From Azolla caroliniana (taxonomy: Eukaryota; Plantae; Polypodiophyta), in NCBI GenBank assembly GCA_043228905.1, contig JBHGNT010000003.1:8122001-8186000 (forward strand): a DNA stretch of 64,000 nucleotides. Direction: 5' to 3'. Below, one piece after another: positions 51,871-64,000 of this stretch. Positions within the stretch are counted from its first letter, which is position 1, and every line of letters starts with the position of its first letter. Both the position numbers and the translations under genes were made by a program. Below the pieces are notes generated by a model that did no database searches, was not told where the DNA came from, and saw only the letters and a list, made by a program, of their open reading frames with translations.

Positions 51871-54800
51871 CTACTTCAAAAGATTGCACTCTTGCAATAT
51901 AAAGTGAGGAAATTGTGCCTTAAGCGAATGCTCGCGTTCCCATGTGGCATCATCAATAGGTTTATCCATCCATTTGATCTTGAATAGCCGAATCTCTTTA
52001 GAACGTAAACGTTTAGTACGAGAATCAAGAATTCGTTCAGGAACATGAGGTTTGTAAGAAAAATCCTCTAATGTTACAAGATCTTGGATTGTGATGGTGT
52101 TATCACCAGAGCCTAAAAATGGTTTTAGACGACTGACGTGAAAAACAGGATGAATACCAACGTTACGAGGTAAGGCAAGGTGATAAGCAGATGACCCAAC
52201 TCGCTTAAGGATTTCAAATGGGCCACAATATCGTGGGGCTAACTTAGCGCACTTGCCCGTAGATAATGACGTAGAATCAGTCGGGACACGCAAAAAAACT
52301 TTTTGACCAATAGTAAATGCACGAGGACGTCTATCCTGATCAGCATAAAATCGAGCACGATCTTGAGCTGTCTTGACATTTTCTTTGGCAATATGCAACA
52401 TTTGGTTCATGTCTTGCAAAAAATTGCGTGTACTGTCTAATGTATCACGATGAATCGTGACATCAACTGGGGCACGTGGCTGAAAACCATACATCAACAT
52501 AAAAGGACTATATCCAGTGGATGTATGTTTAGAGCTATTATAGGCAAATTCTAAGATAGGAAGGTATTGCTCCCACTTAGAAGGGGTTTTTGCTACATAA
52601 GCTCGAAGCATGTCCTCAATAATTTGATTAACTCGTTCAGTTTGTCCATCAGACTGAGGATGATCTGCGGAACTCATGCTCAACGTAGTTTCTAGTTTCT
52701 TAAAGACCTGAGTCCAAAAGTCACTAGTAAACTTGGAATCTCGATCACTAACAATATCCATCGGTAATCCATAAAAACGAAATAACTCATCAACAAATTG
52801 ATAAGCCAACTGTTGAGCGGTTACCGTGGTTTTTGTAGGAATAAATCTAGCTAATTTTGTTAGCCTGTCAACGACAACCCATATGGCATCATGACCCCTC
52901 TGTGTACGAGGTAAACTAACAATAAAATCCATCGAGATACTTTCCCATTTATTGTTGGGAATATCTAAGGGATGTAAAAGACCAGCAGCTTTAAGTCGTT
53001 CCGACTTATTAATCTGACATTGTAAGCATTGAGTTACGTATTTATGCACGTCAGAGCGCATCTTAGGCCAGAAAAAAGTACACGAGATGAGAACGAGTGT
53101 GCGTTGTATTCCAGGATGACCAGCAGATGGTGCATCATGACATTCATGAAAAATTTTCTGTTTAACATTTGGTAAATCTGGAACACAGACCTTTCCACTA
53201 CGGTAGAGCAAACCGTTTGTAATGTGAAAGGTCGCCTTCGAGGGTAGGGTGCTAGTATCGGCATCTAAACCAGATTCGGCTTTCGTCCAGTATTTTGAGA
53301 AATAACTGTCATCAAGGTATTTCCCTCGAAGGTGATCTAAAAGATCAGATTTTATTTCCGTGAAGCTAAGCATGTTAACTTCTTTAATGCGACTAAGAGC
53401 ATTAGCAACGGTGTTCATAGAACCCTTGCGATATCGTATGGAAAAATCAAAATCTTGCATAAGGTCAGCCCAACGGCCTTTACGACCAACAAGATCGGGC
53501 TGGTCACAAAAATACTTTAATGATTGATGGTCTGTTGTAACCACAAATTTATTTCCATAGAGATAGTGCCTCCATGTTTTAAGTGCGTGTATCACCGCAA
53601 ACAACTCTTTCTCTTGAACCGAATACCGAGATTGAGCAGCATCAAGCTTCTTACCTTCAAAAGCAATAGGGTGACCACCTTGATAAAGAACTACACCAAT
53701 AGCATAATCACTAGCATCGGTTTCAATTGAGAAAGGCTTAGAAGGGTCTGGTAATAGAAGAGTGGGAGCCTGACACACATGCTCCTTGAGTGTCTCAAAT
53801 GATTTGTCAAGTTGTTCATTCCATGAAATTGGTTTGACAGACTTACGTGGATGACCTTTTAAAAGGTCAGTTAATGGCGTAGTCAATTTGGAATAGTTAC
53901 GAATTGATTTTCGTAAAAATCCAACAAACCCTAAGAATGATCTAAGTTCACGAATATTACGAGGAATGGGCCAAAGTTTAACCTTTTCAATATGAGAAGG
54001 TTCAATTTCAACGCCATTTTCTGTAATTAAATGACCTAGGTACACAATAGATTTTTGGAAGAAGTCACATTTTGAATGTTTTGCATAGAAAGAGTTGTCA
54101 CGCAACTTTCGCAAAACAAATCGAACATGTTGAACATGATCTTGCAAGGTACGACTATATATCAAAATATCATCCAAGAAGACGACAACAAAATCACCGA
54201 GTTGATCTCGGAAAACATCATTCATCGCTTGTTGGAATGTGGCTGGAGCATTAGTCAACCCAAACGGCATGACTAAAAACTCATAATGGCCATAGCGCGT
54301 ACGAAAAGCGGTTTTAGGAATATCATCCTCGGCGATGCGAATCTGATGATAACCAGTTCGTAAGTCAATTTTCGTAAAATATCGAGCCCCGTGCAAACGA
54401 TCAATCAAATCATCGGCACGAGGTAATGGATATGCATTCTTAATTGTCATTTTATTCAAACGGCGATAATTGATACACATTCGCCACGAACCTTCCTTCT
54501 TCTTGACTAATAGAACTGGCGCACCCCAAGGTGATTTACTATACCTAATGTGGCCCATACTCAAGTATTCCTTAAGTTGTTTAGCGATCTCATCCTCTTC
54601 TAATCGACTAAGTCGGTAAGGTGGAATGCTCACAGGAGCAGCCCCAGGGATGAGTTCAATTTGATGGTCCACATTACGTTTAGGTGGTAAAGTAAGCGGT
54701 AATTCAGTAGGAAACACATCTTGAAAATCCTCTAAAATAGAGTCGAGTAATCGTTGCTCAAAATGTGGTAATTGTGTGGCGTCAATATTAAAATAATAAA

Positions 54801-55827
54801 ATTGAACCGCAGGATCAATTACACACGAATAAATTAATGAACTAGAATACTCACTTAAAGATTTAGAAGACACAAGTGAATGAGAAGGAAGTTTGGAACA
54901 TTGAATAAAATGTTTACAATTATTAAGTTCAAATGTGATTGAGTGATTAACCCAATCAATGGACAAAGAAGGGTTTTTATTAAAAAACCAAGGATATCCT
55001 AAAATGACATCTGCGGATTGTAATTTCATAACATGAAAGTCAAGCTTCTCCAAATAAGTATCTATTTGAATTGGCAGTTGACAAACAATGCCACTGATGT
55101 ATTGAACGTTTCCATTTGCCATGTGAACTTGATAGATATGATCACTTGCGTTTATGTGGAGCTCCATTTGCTGCACAAAGTGATCATTAAGAAAATTGTG
55201 AGAACTACCGGAATCAAACAAGAAATGTGCTTGTGTTCCATTGATATATCCGACTGCTCGGAGTAAATCATTAGGTCCAAGTAAATGTGAAGGAAAAGTG
55301 CATTCACATAAACTTAAGTGATTGGTATGAACTTCAGCAATATCAAAAGACTCACCTGTGTGACTCGTAGATTTGTCTTGAGGAGGGGTGTTCATTGACT
55401 TCCTCTCAAGACGACGACAGGTATCCTTTGTGTGGCCCCGCTTCTTGCAATATGCACAGAAGAGGTTCGGTTTCTTTGAGTCGCGGTCAAGAGTGTCACT
55501 GGATTGCTTACGTTTCCCAATGAACTTGACATTCGGAGTTTTGGCGAACTCAGGTTTATTGTGGTCTTTCTTGGAAGTCCTATGGTATCGCAGCACAATG
55601 TTGACGGCTTCCTCGAAAGTTGTGGGGTCCTTGTCATGGACAATCCAATGATAATCCCCATTGGGAATACCATTCAAAAAACAAGCGACAAACCATTTCT
55701 CACTCGTAAGTCCCGAATTTTGGATCTGGGTCCGTGCGTGATGCACATAATCCTCGAGAGAGGTAAATGGCTTACTAGACAATGTGAGCAAGTGTTGCGC
55801 TTGTTCGGTTTGAGAAGGTGGCTGCAA
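51871..55827 (-). CDS. Chromovirus gag-pol polyprotein (knuckle, PR, RT, RH, INT, chromodomain); gag start in 55928..56284 is frameshifted
   Basis: [46 protein letters not shown] zinc finger, DDE core, GPF motif, PERILDSR...IKW...ATWE. Confidence 0.95.
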   Translation of the reverse strand: MQPPSQTEQAQHLLTLSSKPFTSLEDYVHHARTQIQNSGLTSEKWFVACFLNGIPNGDYHWIVHDKDPTTFEEAVNIVLRYHRTSKKDHNKPEFAKTPNVKFIGKRKQSSDTLDRDSKKPNLFCAYCKKRGHTKDTCRRLERKSMNTPPQDKSTSHTGESFDIAEVHTNHLSLCECTFPSHLLGPNDLLRAVGYINGTQAHFLFDSGSSHNFLNDHFVQQMELHINASDHIYQVHMANGNVQYISGIVCQLPIQIDTYLEKLDFHVMKLQSADVILGYPWFFNKNPSLSIDWVNHSITFELNNCKHFIQCSKLPSHSLVSSKSLSEYSSSLIYSCVIDPAVQFYYFNIDATQLPHFEQRLLDSILEDFQDVFPTELPLTLPPKRNVDHQIELIPGAAPVSIPPYRLSRLEEDEIAKQLKEYLSMGHIRYSKSPWGAPVLLVKKKEGSWRMCINYRRLNKMTIKNAYPLPRADDLIDRLHGARYFTKIDLRTGYHQIRIAEDDIPKTAFRTRYGHYEFLVMPFGLTNAPATFQQAMNDVFRDQLGDFVVVFLDDILIYSRTLQDHVQHVRFVLRKLRDNSFYAKHSKCDFFQKSIVYLGHLITENGVEIEPSHIEKVKLWPIPRNIRELRSFLGFVGFLRKSIRNYSKLTTPLTDLLKGHPRKSVKPISWNEQLDKSFETLKEHVCQAPTLLLPDPSKPFSIETDASDYAIGVVLYQGGHPIAFEGKKLDAAQSRYSVQEKELFAVIHALKTWRHYLYGNKFVVTTDHQSLKYFCDQPDLVGRKGRWADLMQDFDFSIRYRKGSMNTVANALSRIKEVNMLSFTEIKSDLLDHLRGKYLDDSYFSKYWTKAESGLDADTSTLPSKATFHITNGLLYRSGKVCVPDLPNVKQKIFHECHDAPSAGHPGIQRTLVLISCTFFWPKMRSDVHKYVTQCLQCQINKSERLKAAGLLHPLDIPNNKWESISMDFIVSLPRTQRGHDAIWVVVDRLTKLARFIPTKTTVTAQQLAYQFVDELFRFYGLPMDIVSDRDSKFTSDFWTQVFKKLETTLSMSSADHPQSDGQTERVNQIIEDMLRAYVAKTPSKWEQYLPILEFAYNSSKHTSTGYSPFMLMYGFQPRAPVDVTIHRDTLDSTRNFLQDMNQMLHIAKENVKTAQDRARFYADQDRRPRAFTIGQKVFLRVPTDSTSLSTGKCAKLAPRYCGPFEILKRVGSSAYHLALPRNVGIHPVFHVSRLKPFLGSGDNTITIQDLVTLEDFSYKPHVPERILDSRTKRLRSKEIRLFKIKWMDKPIDDATWEREHSLKAQFPHFILQECNLLK

Positions 55828-57269
55828 GAATTGTTTCTTAAAAACATCAACGAAACCTTCCCAAGTTGTGGGTAAGTTTTTTGCGGTCCTTAGGCCACGC
55901 CACCAAGCAGCAGCTCGGCCACCTAACTCACGACCGACATAACCAATTTTTTATTGCATCGGGCTTGGGATGAAGCTCAAAGTGAGACTCCCAACGACCA
56001 AGCCAAGTGCTAATGGCCTCCTCGGTTCTTTCTTTCTTATCTCCCTTCAAAGGCGTGACTACGAAGGAAGGTTCACCTTCTTTCTTGGACTCAATAGTTA
56101 ATTCTTGGAATTTCTTTTCCAATGCCATATTGGCCTGTCTCATTTCGGCCAATTGATTCAAGGTAGTAGTGAGCAATTGCTCAATAGTGATCTCAGCTTG
56201 TGTGCGAGATGCGGATTGGGGTTGAGAGGTCTCATTTGGAGAGATCGTTCCAACTGCGTTCAAAACTTGTTCCATGATGCACACTGTGGGTATGCAATAA
56301 AATAAGGAGGTTCAAAAAATACACAAGCAAAATGAATGCTTGAAATTTTGATTGAAAGAACTTTATCCAAGAAAGTATCTCATGTCTTTACCCCTCTAGA
56401 CATATGAGATGTGATTCGAGATCCGATAACTATGGTAACACTATGGTGTTTTAAAACCCATGGGGGAAAACATAGCTAAGATGTATTTCTCGGATCTCTA
56501 TCTTGAGTAATCATGGCGGCTCCCCGAGGCTCAACCATGGTTCTTACATCAATGAAATTTCCTAGATAGCCTTATATTAATGCCAACCCATCATGTATTA
56601 TATGGTCGAGAAAGTGTATTACGTGAAAAAACAAGTGCACTCACAAGTAATATTCTAGTCTTGCGAGCAATAAGCAAACGTGATGATAAAATGATAAAAT
56701 AAGGCACTACTCATAAGAGTTAAGTAGTGACGAAAACAAGGGTAAAAAAAAAGAACCCATGTGTTACCTACGAAAAAAACAATGTCACAAATAAATGGGA
56801 AGTGCAAGGTATGCACATATACATCCCAATATGATTGTTATAACTTGCACAATTGTGACATAAGCCACAAATTGATACAAGTGATGACGGTGTTGTGCGC
56901 AAAGATGTAATACTCAAATCCATGAGTAAAACATCAATAAGGGAACTCATATGGTTTTACTCGTTTTCTAAGGCTTGATGATAAGAGTTAAACCTAGATG
57001 ACCCGTTGAAAAAAAATCGTTCAACAAGCCACTCCATACGAAAAAAATAGTCTACACGTAAAGGTTACATTAAAATAAACGATGTAAATACTTTATACAC
57101 GAAAAGGAAGTGGAAAAAGGAGAGTTAATTGTGGGCGGGTAATTAATAATTACTAGAAAATCATATAAGTGAAACAATACTTATGAAATTAAGATTTAAT
57201 TAGAATAATCAACAATTAGGTGTATGGAATCAAACATGCCCTAAGATACGAAACCCTAGGGTAGTTGAC

Positions 57270-57590
57270 ATGCACCTCCTCAAGACCACCACTTATCCCT
57301 AGAATCGGCCAAGTAATGGCTAATTAAAGAGGAAAGATGCATAAGTAAGTGACATATACCTCGTCAAGGCCACATCATCCCTTAGAATCGGCCAATTGAT
57401 GGCTAATTAAAAAGGAAAGTGGCATATGTAAGCTACATATACCTTGTCAAGGCCACAACATCCCATAGAATCGGCCAATTGATGGCTTAATAGAGAGTAG
57501 AGTGGCATAGGTAGGCAACATACACCTCGTCAAGGCCACATCATCCCTTAGAATCGGCCAAGTGATGGCTCAATAGAGGGGAAGAGTGGT
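57270..57590. repeat. Tandem repeats of about 85 bp in the leader of D
   Basis: Four copies of (CCTCGT)CAAGGCCACATCATCCCTTAGAATCGGCCAA-like sequence. Confidence 0.8.
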
Positions 57591-59738
57591 ATACTCAACA
57601 TCATATGCAAAACGGCCATGAGATAAGCGTGTGCGATTAGAGCAAACACGCTCGACCCAATGCACAAGAATAATTATTATCGTAAGAGTTCAAGAGAGGA
57701 GAGAGTGGGATATATATCGCAATATGCAAAAGGCCATGAGTTGAGCGTGTGCGATTAGTGCAAACACGCTCGGCCCAATGCATAATAATAAGTAAAATCG
57801 TAGCGTAGTAGGAGGTAGAAAGAAAGAGAATAAAACGTAATACCAATTTGATTCGACCATAAAGAACGCATAATAGAAAAAGAGAAGAGATCAAAAAAGA
57901 AGAATACCGGGTTTAGAGTGTTGTTTTGATCCTGAGAAGAGCATGACGAGCCTTGTTAGATCCCCCTCGCTCACATGCAAAAAACATCAAAACAACAAAA
58001 AAATTGTTAGTAAAAGCTCTGATACCACTGTGAAGAGTCTATTACTAATCAATAGACCAAATCAAGTAAAAAGGAAGAAAATAGATTGGATAGAAGAACC
58101 CGTTCTACCCGACCACCCCCGAGCTATGATCTAGACATAGCCAACCTACCACCGACGTCCCATACCGCCGGATATTAGGATGACTAATACCTTGGAAGAG
58201 ATAAACACGATCGTCGAGACGAAAGCCTAGCCCGCACCACCGGTGTCTACGACAACAGCCTTCCGACGTGATTCCTATGAGGGTAGCTAAGCCTCATATT
58301 TATACCTTTTCCTAGGCCCCTTGAATAGATGTGCCTTTCTAAAAGGATCTCTATTCATTGGTTGTCTAAATCATGATAGTGCATGCACATATCATTCATT
58401 CTATCCAATCATTAGTCCCCTTTTTAATAATAGTGAACATACCCTTCACTAATGTAAATATTAGTGACCTACCCTCACCAACGTTATGTGTACATAACAC
58501 ATGTAATGAATCTTTGTACCACTGATGTAATACTGGGTTATCCTTGGTTTTTTAATAGAAACTCTTCTTTATCTATTGATTGGGTTCATCATTAAATTAC
58601 TTTTGTACTGAATGATTGTACTCATTTTATTTAATGTGTTAAAAAACAATATCTTTAGATTGTTTCCTTGCCATCAATATCCGAGTTGCGTTGTTCTACT
58701 TTATTTTAGTGTACTTGATCTAGACATTTACCTTTACAATATCGATAATGTCTCGGTTCAATTATCATATTTTGAACAACAACTCGATGAAATCATAAAC
58801 GATTTTTGTGATGTTTTTCCGAGTGAACTACCACATGGGTTACTTCCTAAACATAATATAGACCATCGTATAGATATTGTACCTGGCGTTGCACCAATAA
58901 GTATACCTCCTTATCGTTTAAGTCGATCCGCAGAGGATGAGGTATCGAAGCAACTCAAGGACTATTTACGAATGGGTTATATACATTATAGTAAATCTAC
59001 ATGGGGTGCACCTATTCTCTTGGTACAAAGGAAAGAGGGCACATGGTGTATGTGTATTAATTACTGATTCTTGAATAAAGTGATGATCAAGAATTTATAT
59101 CCATTGCCCAGGACTGACGATCTAATTGACTGTCTCTAGGGAACTCGGTATTTTACGAAACTTGATCTCCGTATGGGCTACCATCAAATTCGTATAAGTG
59201 AGGACGATGTTCCTAAAACAGTATGAGTTTTTGGTCATGACTTTCGGTTTGACCAATGCTCATGCCACATTTCAACAAGAAATGAATGACATATTCCAAG
59301 AACAACTTGGAAAATATGTCGTTATTTTCTTGGATGATATTCTAATTTATAATCGTATATTAGAAGAACATGCTAAACATGTCCACTTTGTTTCACAAAC
59401 ATTGCGCGACAAGCAATTCTATGCGAAGATCTCAAAATGCGAGTTCTTCGAGAAATCAATCACTTATCCTGGAGATCTCATAACCGAACGAGGAGTTGAA
59501 ATTGATCCTTCTCGCATCGAGAAAATCAAACTTTGGCCCACTCTTCAGAATATTCGAGAAGTTCGATCATTCCTTGGTTTTGTTGGGTTTTTGTGAAAAT
59601 CCCTTCGTAATTACTTCCAATTGACGACGCCATTTACTGATCTTCTAAAAGGTCAAACGCGTAATTCTACAAAACCTATTGTGTGGAATTCTAAACTAGA
59701 CCCTGCCTTTAAGGAACTCAAGGAATTGGTATGCAAGG

Positions 59739-59824
59739 TGTTGGGGATAAGGCCGTCAATGCGGAAGTGCAAGCAACATTCGTGATGAAGAAGAATCTGT
59801 GTATGCATGAGCAAGATAGACATA

Positions 59825-59860
<36 letters not shown>

Positions 59861-61085
59861 CACAAAGGAACCGTTATATTCCAATAGCAACAGTTACAAA
59901 TGACAACCAACACCCACTAAAGGTTACAAAGTCACTTTATATAGTGACTATCCTAAGGCAATTGCCCTTTATGCTATTTACAGAAATAGCCCGAACTTGG
60001 GATGTCCAAAGGGACAGTGTGAATACGGCCATTATACACTCGTATTCGACACTCCCCCGTAATGGGCGTATACATGGGTTATCTTAAAGAATTACAGGTA
60101 TATATACAAGGTTTATCAAACAAATCGGATTTGTTAGAGTCGGCAAGATTTTAGGGTAGAAGACCGAATCGGTCGGGTCGGAAGAGCTAAAGCTGATCCT
60201 CAGAGAACCGATGTCGGTGGTTCGAAACCATCCTGTGCTGTGTGTCCGACTTTAACCAGTCCGATTTTTTGTTACGCCCATCTGGTGCCGAAGGGACTGG
60301 AAACGATCCGCCGAGAGACACTTGGTCATTCCATCTGTGACATTATCGATTGTGGATATCTTCTCGAGATCGATTTTCCCTGAAATGACGCAGTCCCGAA
60401 CGAAGTGATACCGAACGTCGATATGCTTAGAGGCATTGTGGTGAACCAAATTTTTTGACAAAGCAACAACACCCTGACTGTCACTGTAGACAATTGGAGC
60501 CGAGTTGGAGTCGACCTGTCAAAACGTGTGCGCCAGCCGACCGAGCCATAAAGCTTCTTTTGCCGCATCGGATGTAGCTACATATTCTGCTTTGGTCGTT
60601 GAGGTGGCTGTGCAGTCCTAAAGTTTTGACTTCCACGAGATTGCTCCATTGCCGAATTTGAAATAGTATTCGGTTGTTGATTTCCGACTGTCCACACAGC
60701 CGGCGAAGTCTGAGTAGGTGTAACCGACTACGCTTGAGGTTGAGTTCGGGCCGAAAAGAATGCCGTGGTCTTTTGTGCCAGCTAGATATCTGAACACATG
60801 CTTGACTGCGTTCTAGTGGGATCGGCCGGGGTTGTGCATGAATCTGCTGACGACTCCTACGGCGTGAGAAATATGAGGCCGTGTCGGGACCATCGCGTAG
60901 ATGAGGGAGCCAACTGCCGGTGCATACGGTACCGACTTCATATCTTCCCCCTCCGGACCGGATGTCGGATAGTCTCGCCGAGACAGCTGAAGGTTAATGG
61001 GGAGCGGGGTCAAAGCAGACTTGGCCGATTGCATGTTGAAGCATTCTAAGACACGTCCGATGTAGTCGGTTTGAGACAAGAAAAG
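59739..61085 (-). mobile_element. Copia A, right-arm copy (uninterrupted 3' LTR, RNase H, RT end)
   Basis: LTR 59739-60051 lacks element B. PPT follows. The RT sequence continues past the point where the left copy is interrupted. Confidence 0.92.
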
Positions 61086-64000
61086 TGTTGAGAGACAAGC
61101 TCAACATCGGCTGGATCGGCTGAGGAAGCCGAGGACCGGATCGGTTGGGACCGATCGGTTAGGCCGAGTGCGTAAACCGGGAGGCCGTTAGGAAAGATAT
61201 TTCGTGAGGAATATATTTGGGAGTTAGTGTAGGAGCTCTTAATGAGCATTGAAGTACTATCAGTACTTCGGTCAGTCCTTCTAGGACTTGTATAAAAGTG
61301 TTCACTAAAGCACGTCTTATGTACAGATTGAGTATTATTGTTGAATATAGTTTTTTGTGTTTCTCTCTCTCTATCTCTCTTGCGTATACCGTGTAAGCTC
61401 AAGCTCTCCATTAAACCTGAGTTTCCTCTCTTCTGTTCGGTCTTCATACTTGCTTCCGCACGCTACTTTCTACATGGTATCAGAGCGCGAGGGTTGAGAA
61501 CCTCTCTGCAGCCGACACAGCTTGACGAAGAAGAACAAGAAGAACGATGGATAGAGGCATGGCGAGCTCGCTTCCAACAAAGAAGTTCGACAGAACCAAC
61601 TACGCGTCTTGGTCCTACAAGATGCACCAGTACCTGCTCAGGCACGGCTACTGGAGTTATGTTGAAGGAGCTAATGATGCGGCACCCGAATCGACACACA
61701 GAGACTTCCCGTCGTGGGAGCAATCGGCGAGCAGGGTATTATACTGCTTCGCGTCGTGTGTGGGCGAACAACTATTGAGCTATATTCGGGATGCAAAGAC
61801 GCCGAAGGGTGCGTGGGATAATCTGAAGAAGATTTTCGCCGTGAGCACCACAGCTAGGAAGCTTCAGCTCCGATAGGAGTTGAGCAACCTAGGACAACGC
61901 GACTTGTCGGTGGCGGACTATACCTCGAAGATCAAGGATATCTGCGACTCCCTCGCCTCCATAGAGGTGAACATCGAGGAGAGCGAGATGGTCCAGATCT
62001 GTCTCAGAGGTTTGGCGTCGAAGTTCGGAGCGTTCCGAACGGCTGTGTGTACCCGGGAGAATACGCCGTCCTTTTTCGACTTACAGTTGATGCTCCTGGT
62101 AGAGGAGAACCACGCGGGTGCGTCGACGAGCACGCACACCGACAACAAGATGTTGTACACGGAGGGAGATAGGACCCGTGGTCGTGGCGGACGAGGCGAG
62201 TCGGCGCACAATGGAGGCGGCTGACGAGATCAAGGAAGAAGGCACCGAAGTGATGCCGACAACAACTCCGGACCCTCCGGAAACAGGGGGAGTCGAAGCG
62301 ATGAGAACCGGCAAGGGAAGGCCATTGCGGAGTGCTGGTACTGTGGCAAGAAAGGCCACAGGGAAAGCGAGTGCTGGAAGAAGCGCGCCGATTTGGAGAG
62401 AACCGGTTCCGGAAATAGCTACGGACATACCGACAAGGGAAATCGGCAGCGATCGCACTACGCCGAAGACTCCGGGAGAGACGGAGAATGGTCTGCCTTT
62501 GAGACAAGACACGAAGCAAACTCAATGAAACAGAGCACCCCGAGATCGGACGAGGTGTGGTACGTAGACTCCGGCGCGTCAAACCACATGACGAGCCATA
62601 AGGAGTGGTTCTCGTACCTTGAAAAACCGATACAACCTAGAGTAGTCGCAACAGGAGACGACACTCCGTATCCGATCGCGAATGTCGAAGAAGTTCCCCT
62701 TAACCATGTCGGGCAGAAAGGGAAACTTATGAACGAGCTGCACCTTCCAACAATCACGAAAAACTTGGTCTCGGTCCGACAGATCGTCGACCAAGGGATG
62801 GAGGTTCGGTTTACACACCTCGGGTGCTTCATTGAGGAAGAAGGCCGTGTGATTGCGCAAGGGCGTAGAGACGGGAGGATGTTCATCCTCGATTCCACTG
62901 ATGGCGGCACCGTAATTTTCGCGAAGGGACAAAAAGCCGAGTCGGACATCGACTTGTGGCACAAGCGGATAGGCCACATCAACCACCAGCGGCTTCAAGA
63001 TCTGCAATCGAAACAGGTAGTGTTTGGATTGCCCAAATTTAGTGGCCGAAAGGCACAAATTTGTAAAGCCTGCCAGCTCGGGAAGCAACACCGACTTCCC
63101 TTCCCCAACGAGCGAAACCGGAGCCGGAACAAGCTCGACCTTATACACTCCAATGTATGGGGGCCGACACAAAACGTTAGTCTTGGCGAGAGCCGATATT
63201 TCGTCTTCTTCATCGACGACCACACGCGGCACACGTGGATCTACCTCATTGAGAGGAAGAGCGAAGTCTTCGACTGTTTCCGGGACCTCAAAGGGTTCGT
63301 GGAAACGGAAACGGGACGAAAGATCAAGTGCCTGTGGTCGGATGGCGGGAAAGAGTACTTTTCCGTTCAATTCAATGGTTACCTACAACAAATGGGAATT
63401 CGCCGTGAATTCAGTTGTAGATACACGCCGGAGTAGAACGGCGTGGCCGAGAGGAAGAATCAGTCAGTTGTGGAAGCGGCACGGGCAATGCTGGAGGAGA
63501 AGAGCTTTCCCAAGTTCTATTGGGCCGAGGCGGTAAGGACCACGGTATACATCCAGAATCGGATCGGAGACAAAGTGTCGGCGCACGAGCTATATTTCGG
63601 AACGAAGCCGAACTTGCGACACTTGAGGGTGTTCGGTAGCATTGCGTATGTGCACATACCGAAGGAGAAAAGGAGGAAGCTGGACGCAAAGGCCGAGAAA
63701 TGCATCTTGGTCGGTTACTCGGACGAGCAGAAGGGTTATAAGTGCTATAACCCTCGCACCAAACAAGCGCGTGTCGGCCGCGACGTTGTGTTCGACGAGT
63801 CCGCGTCCTAGTACCTGCCCCCGACTACGAACCTCGACTCCAATCCGAGCTCTGACGATGAGGTCAGCGAGGCCGAGATGGCTCCGGATGAGCCCAAAAT
63901 CGAGACCCGCGAAGAGAGTCCGATTTCACTCCGGTTAAGGGGACCGATTGGACGACTGAGTCGGTACGACCAGTCCGATGAAGAGCCGGCGAGTAGTGGA
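61086..64000 (+). mobile_element. Ty1/copia element C2 (same family as C1), degenerate, inserted in the RT of A; runs off window end
   Basis: LTR 61086-61474, PBS 61475-61486. Gag from 61547 has in-frame stops at about 61874, 62222, 63434 and 63809. WYVDSGAS and integrase core are present. Confidence 0.93.

Larger units (their letters stand above)
51393..58499 (-). mobile_element. Young full-length Ty3/gypsy chromovirus D, right arm only
   Basis: CATGT duplication at 51388-51392 and 58500-58504. 471-bp LTRs at 51393-51863 and 58029-58499 with about 4 differences by eye. PBS 58016-58027, PPT 51864-51873. Confidence 0.97.
47580..59738 (+). mobile_element. Chromovirus G1, right-arm copy (5' LTR to RT), degenerate
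   Basis: LTR 47580-48030, PBS 48033-48044, solo LTR 48160-48569, gag about 50150-51015, protease region split by element D, RT (VIFLDD) 58800-59700, then the CAAGG junction with copia A. Confidence 0.9.
37724..61010 (-). repeat. Right arm of large inverted duplication (minimum extent)
   Basis: Begins AAACTTTAGTTGTATCTCACTATG, the reverse complement of 31432-31455, and stays colinear with the left arm apart from arm-specific insertions and deletions. Confidence 0.95.

Overview
Eukaryotic, land-plant-type, repeat-dense DNA (TTTAGGG repeats, Met-tRNA-primed copia and gypsy elements). A fern or other seed-free plant is my guess, not shown by the sequence. The window is organised as a large interrupted palindrome: about 12.06-31.46 kb is mirrored by about 37.72-61.08 kb around a 6.3-kb spacer, and the outer ends are not resolved. 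Each arm carries the only host gene I can recognise, an intact two-exon, probably plastid-targeted tandem Dabb (stress-response A/B barrel) gene, and the two copies converge. The left inner breakpoint is a short TTTAGGG array held inside an 11-bp inverted repeat and followed by scrambled copia fragments. Comparing the arms gives empty versus filled sites for several insertions: nested copia and chromovirus elements, an intact pogo-family transposon in the TA-rich promoter of one Dabb copy, and a 1.25-kb non-coding TGT...ACA element with a 4-bp CCGT duplication and an internal tRNA-like A/B-box module. All boundaries and mismatch counts were read by eye and are approximate.
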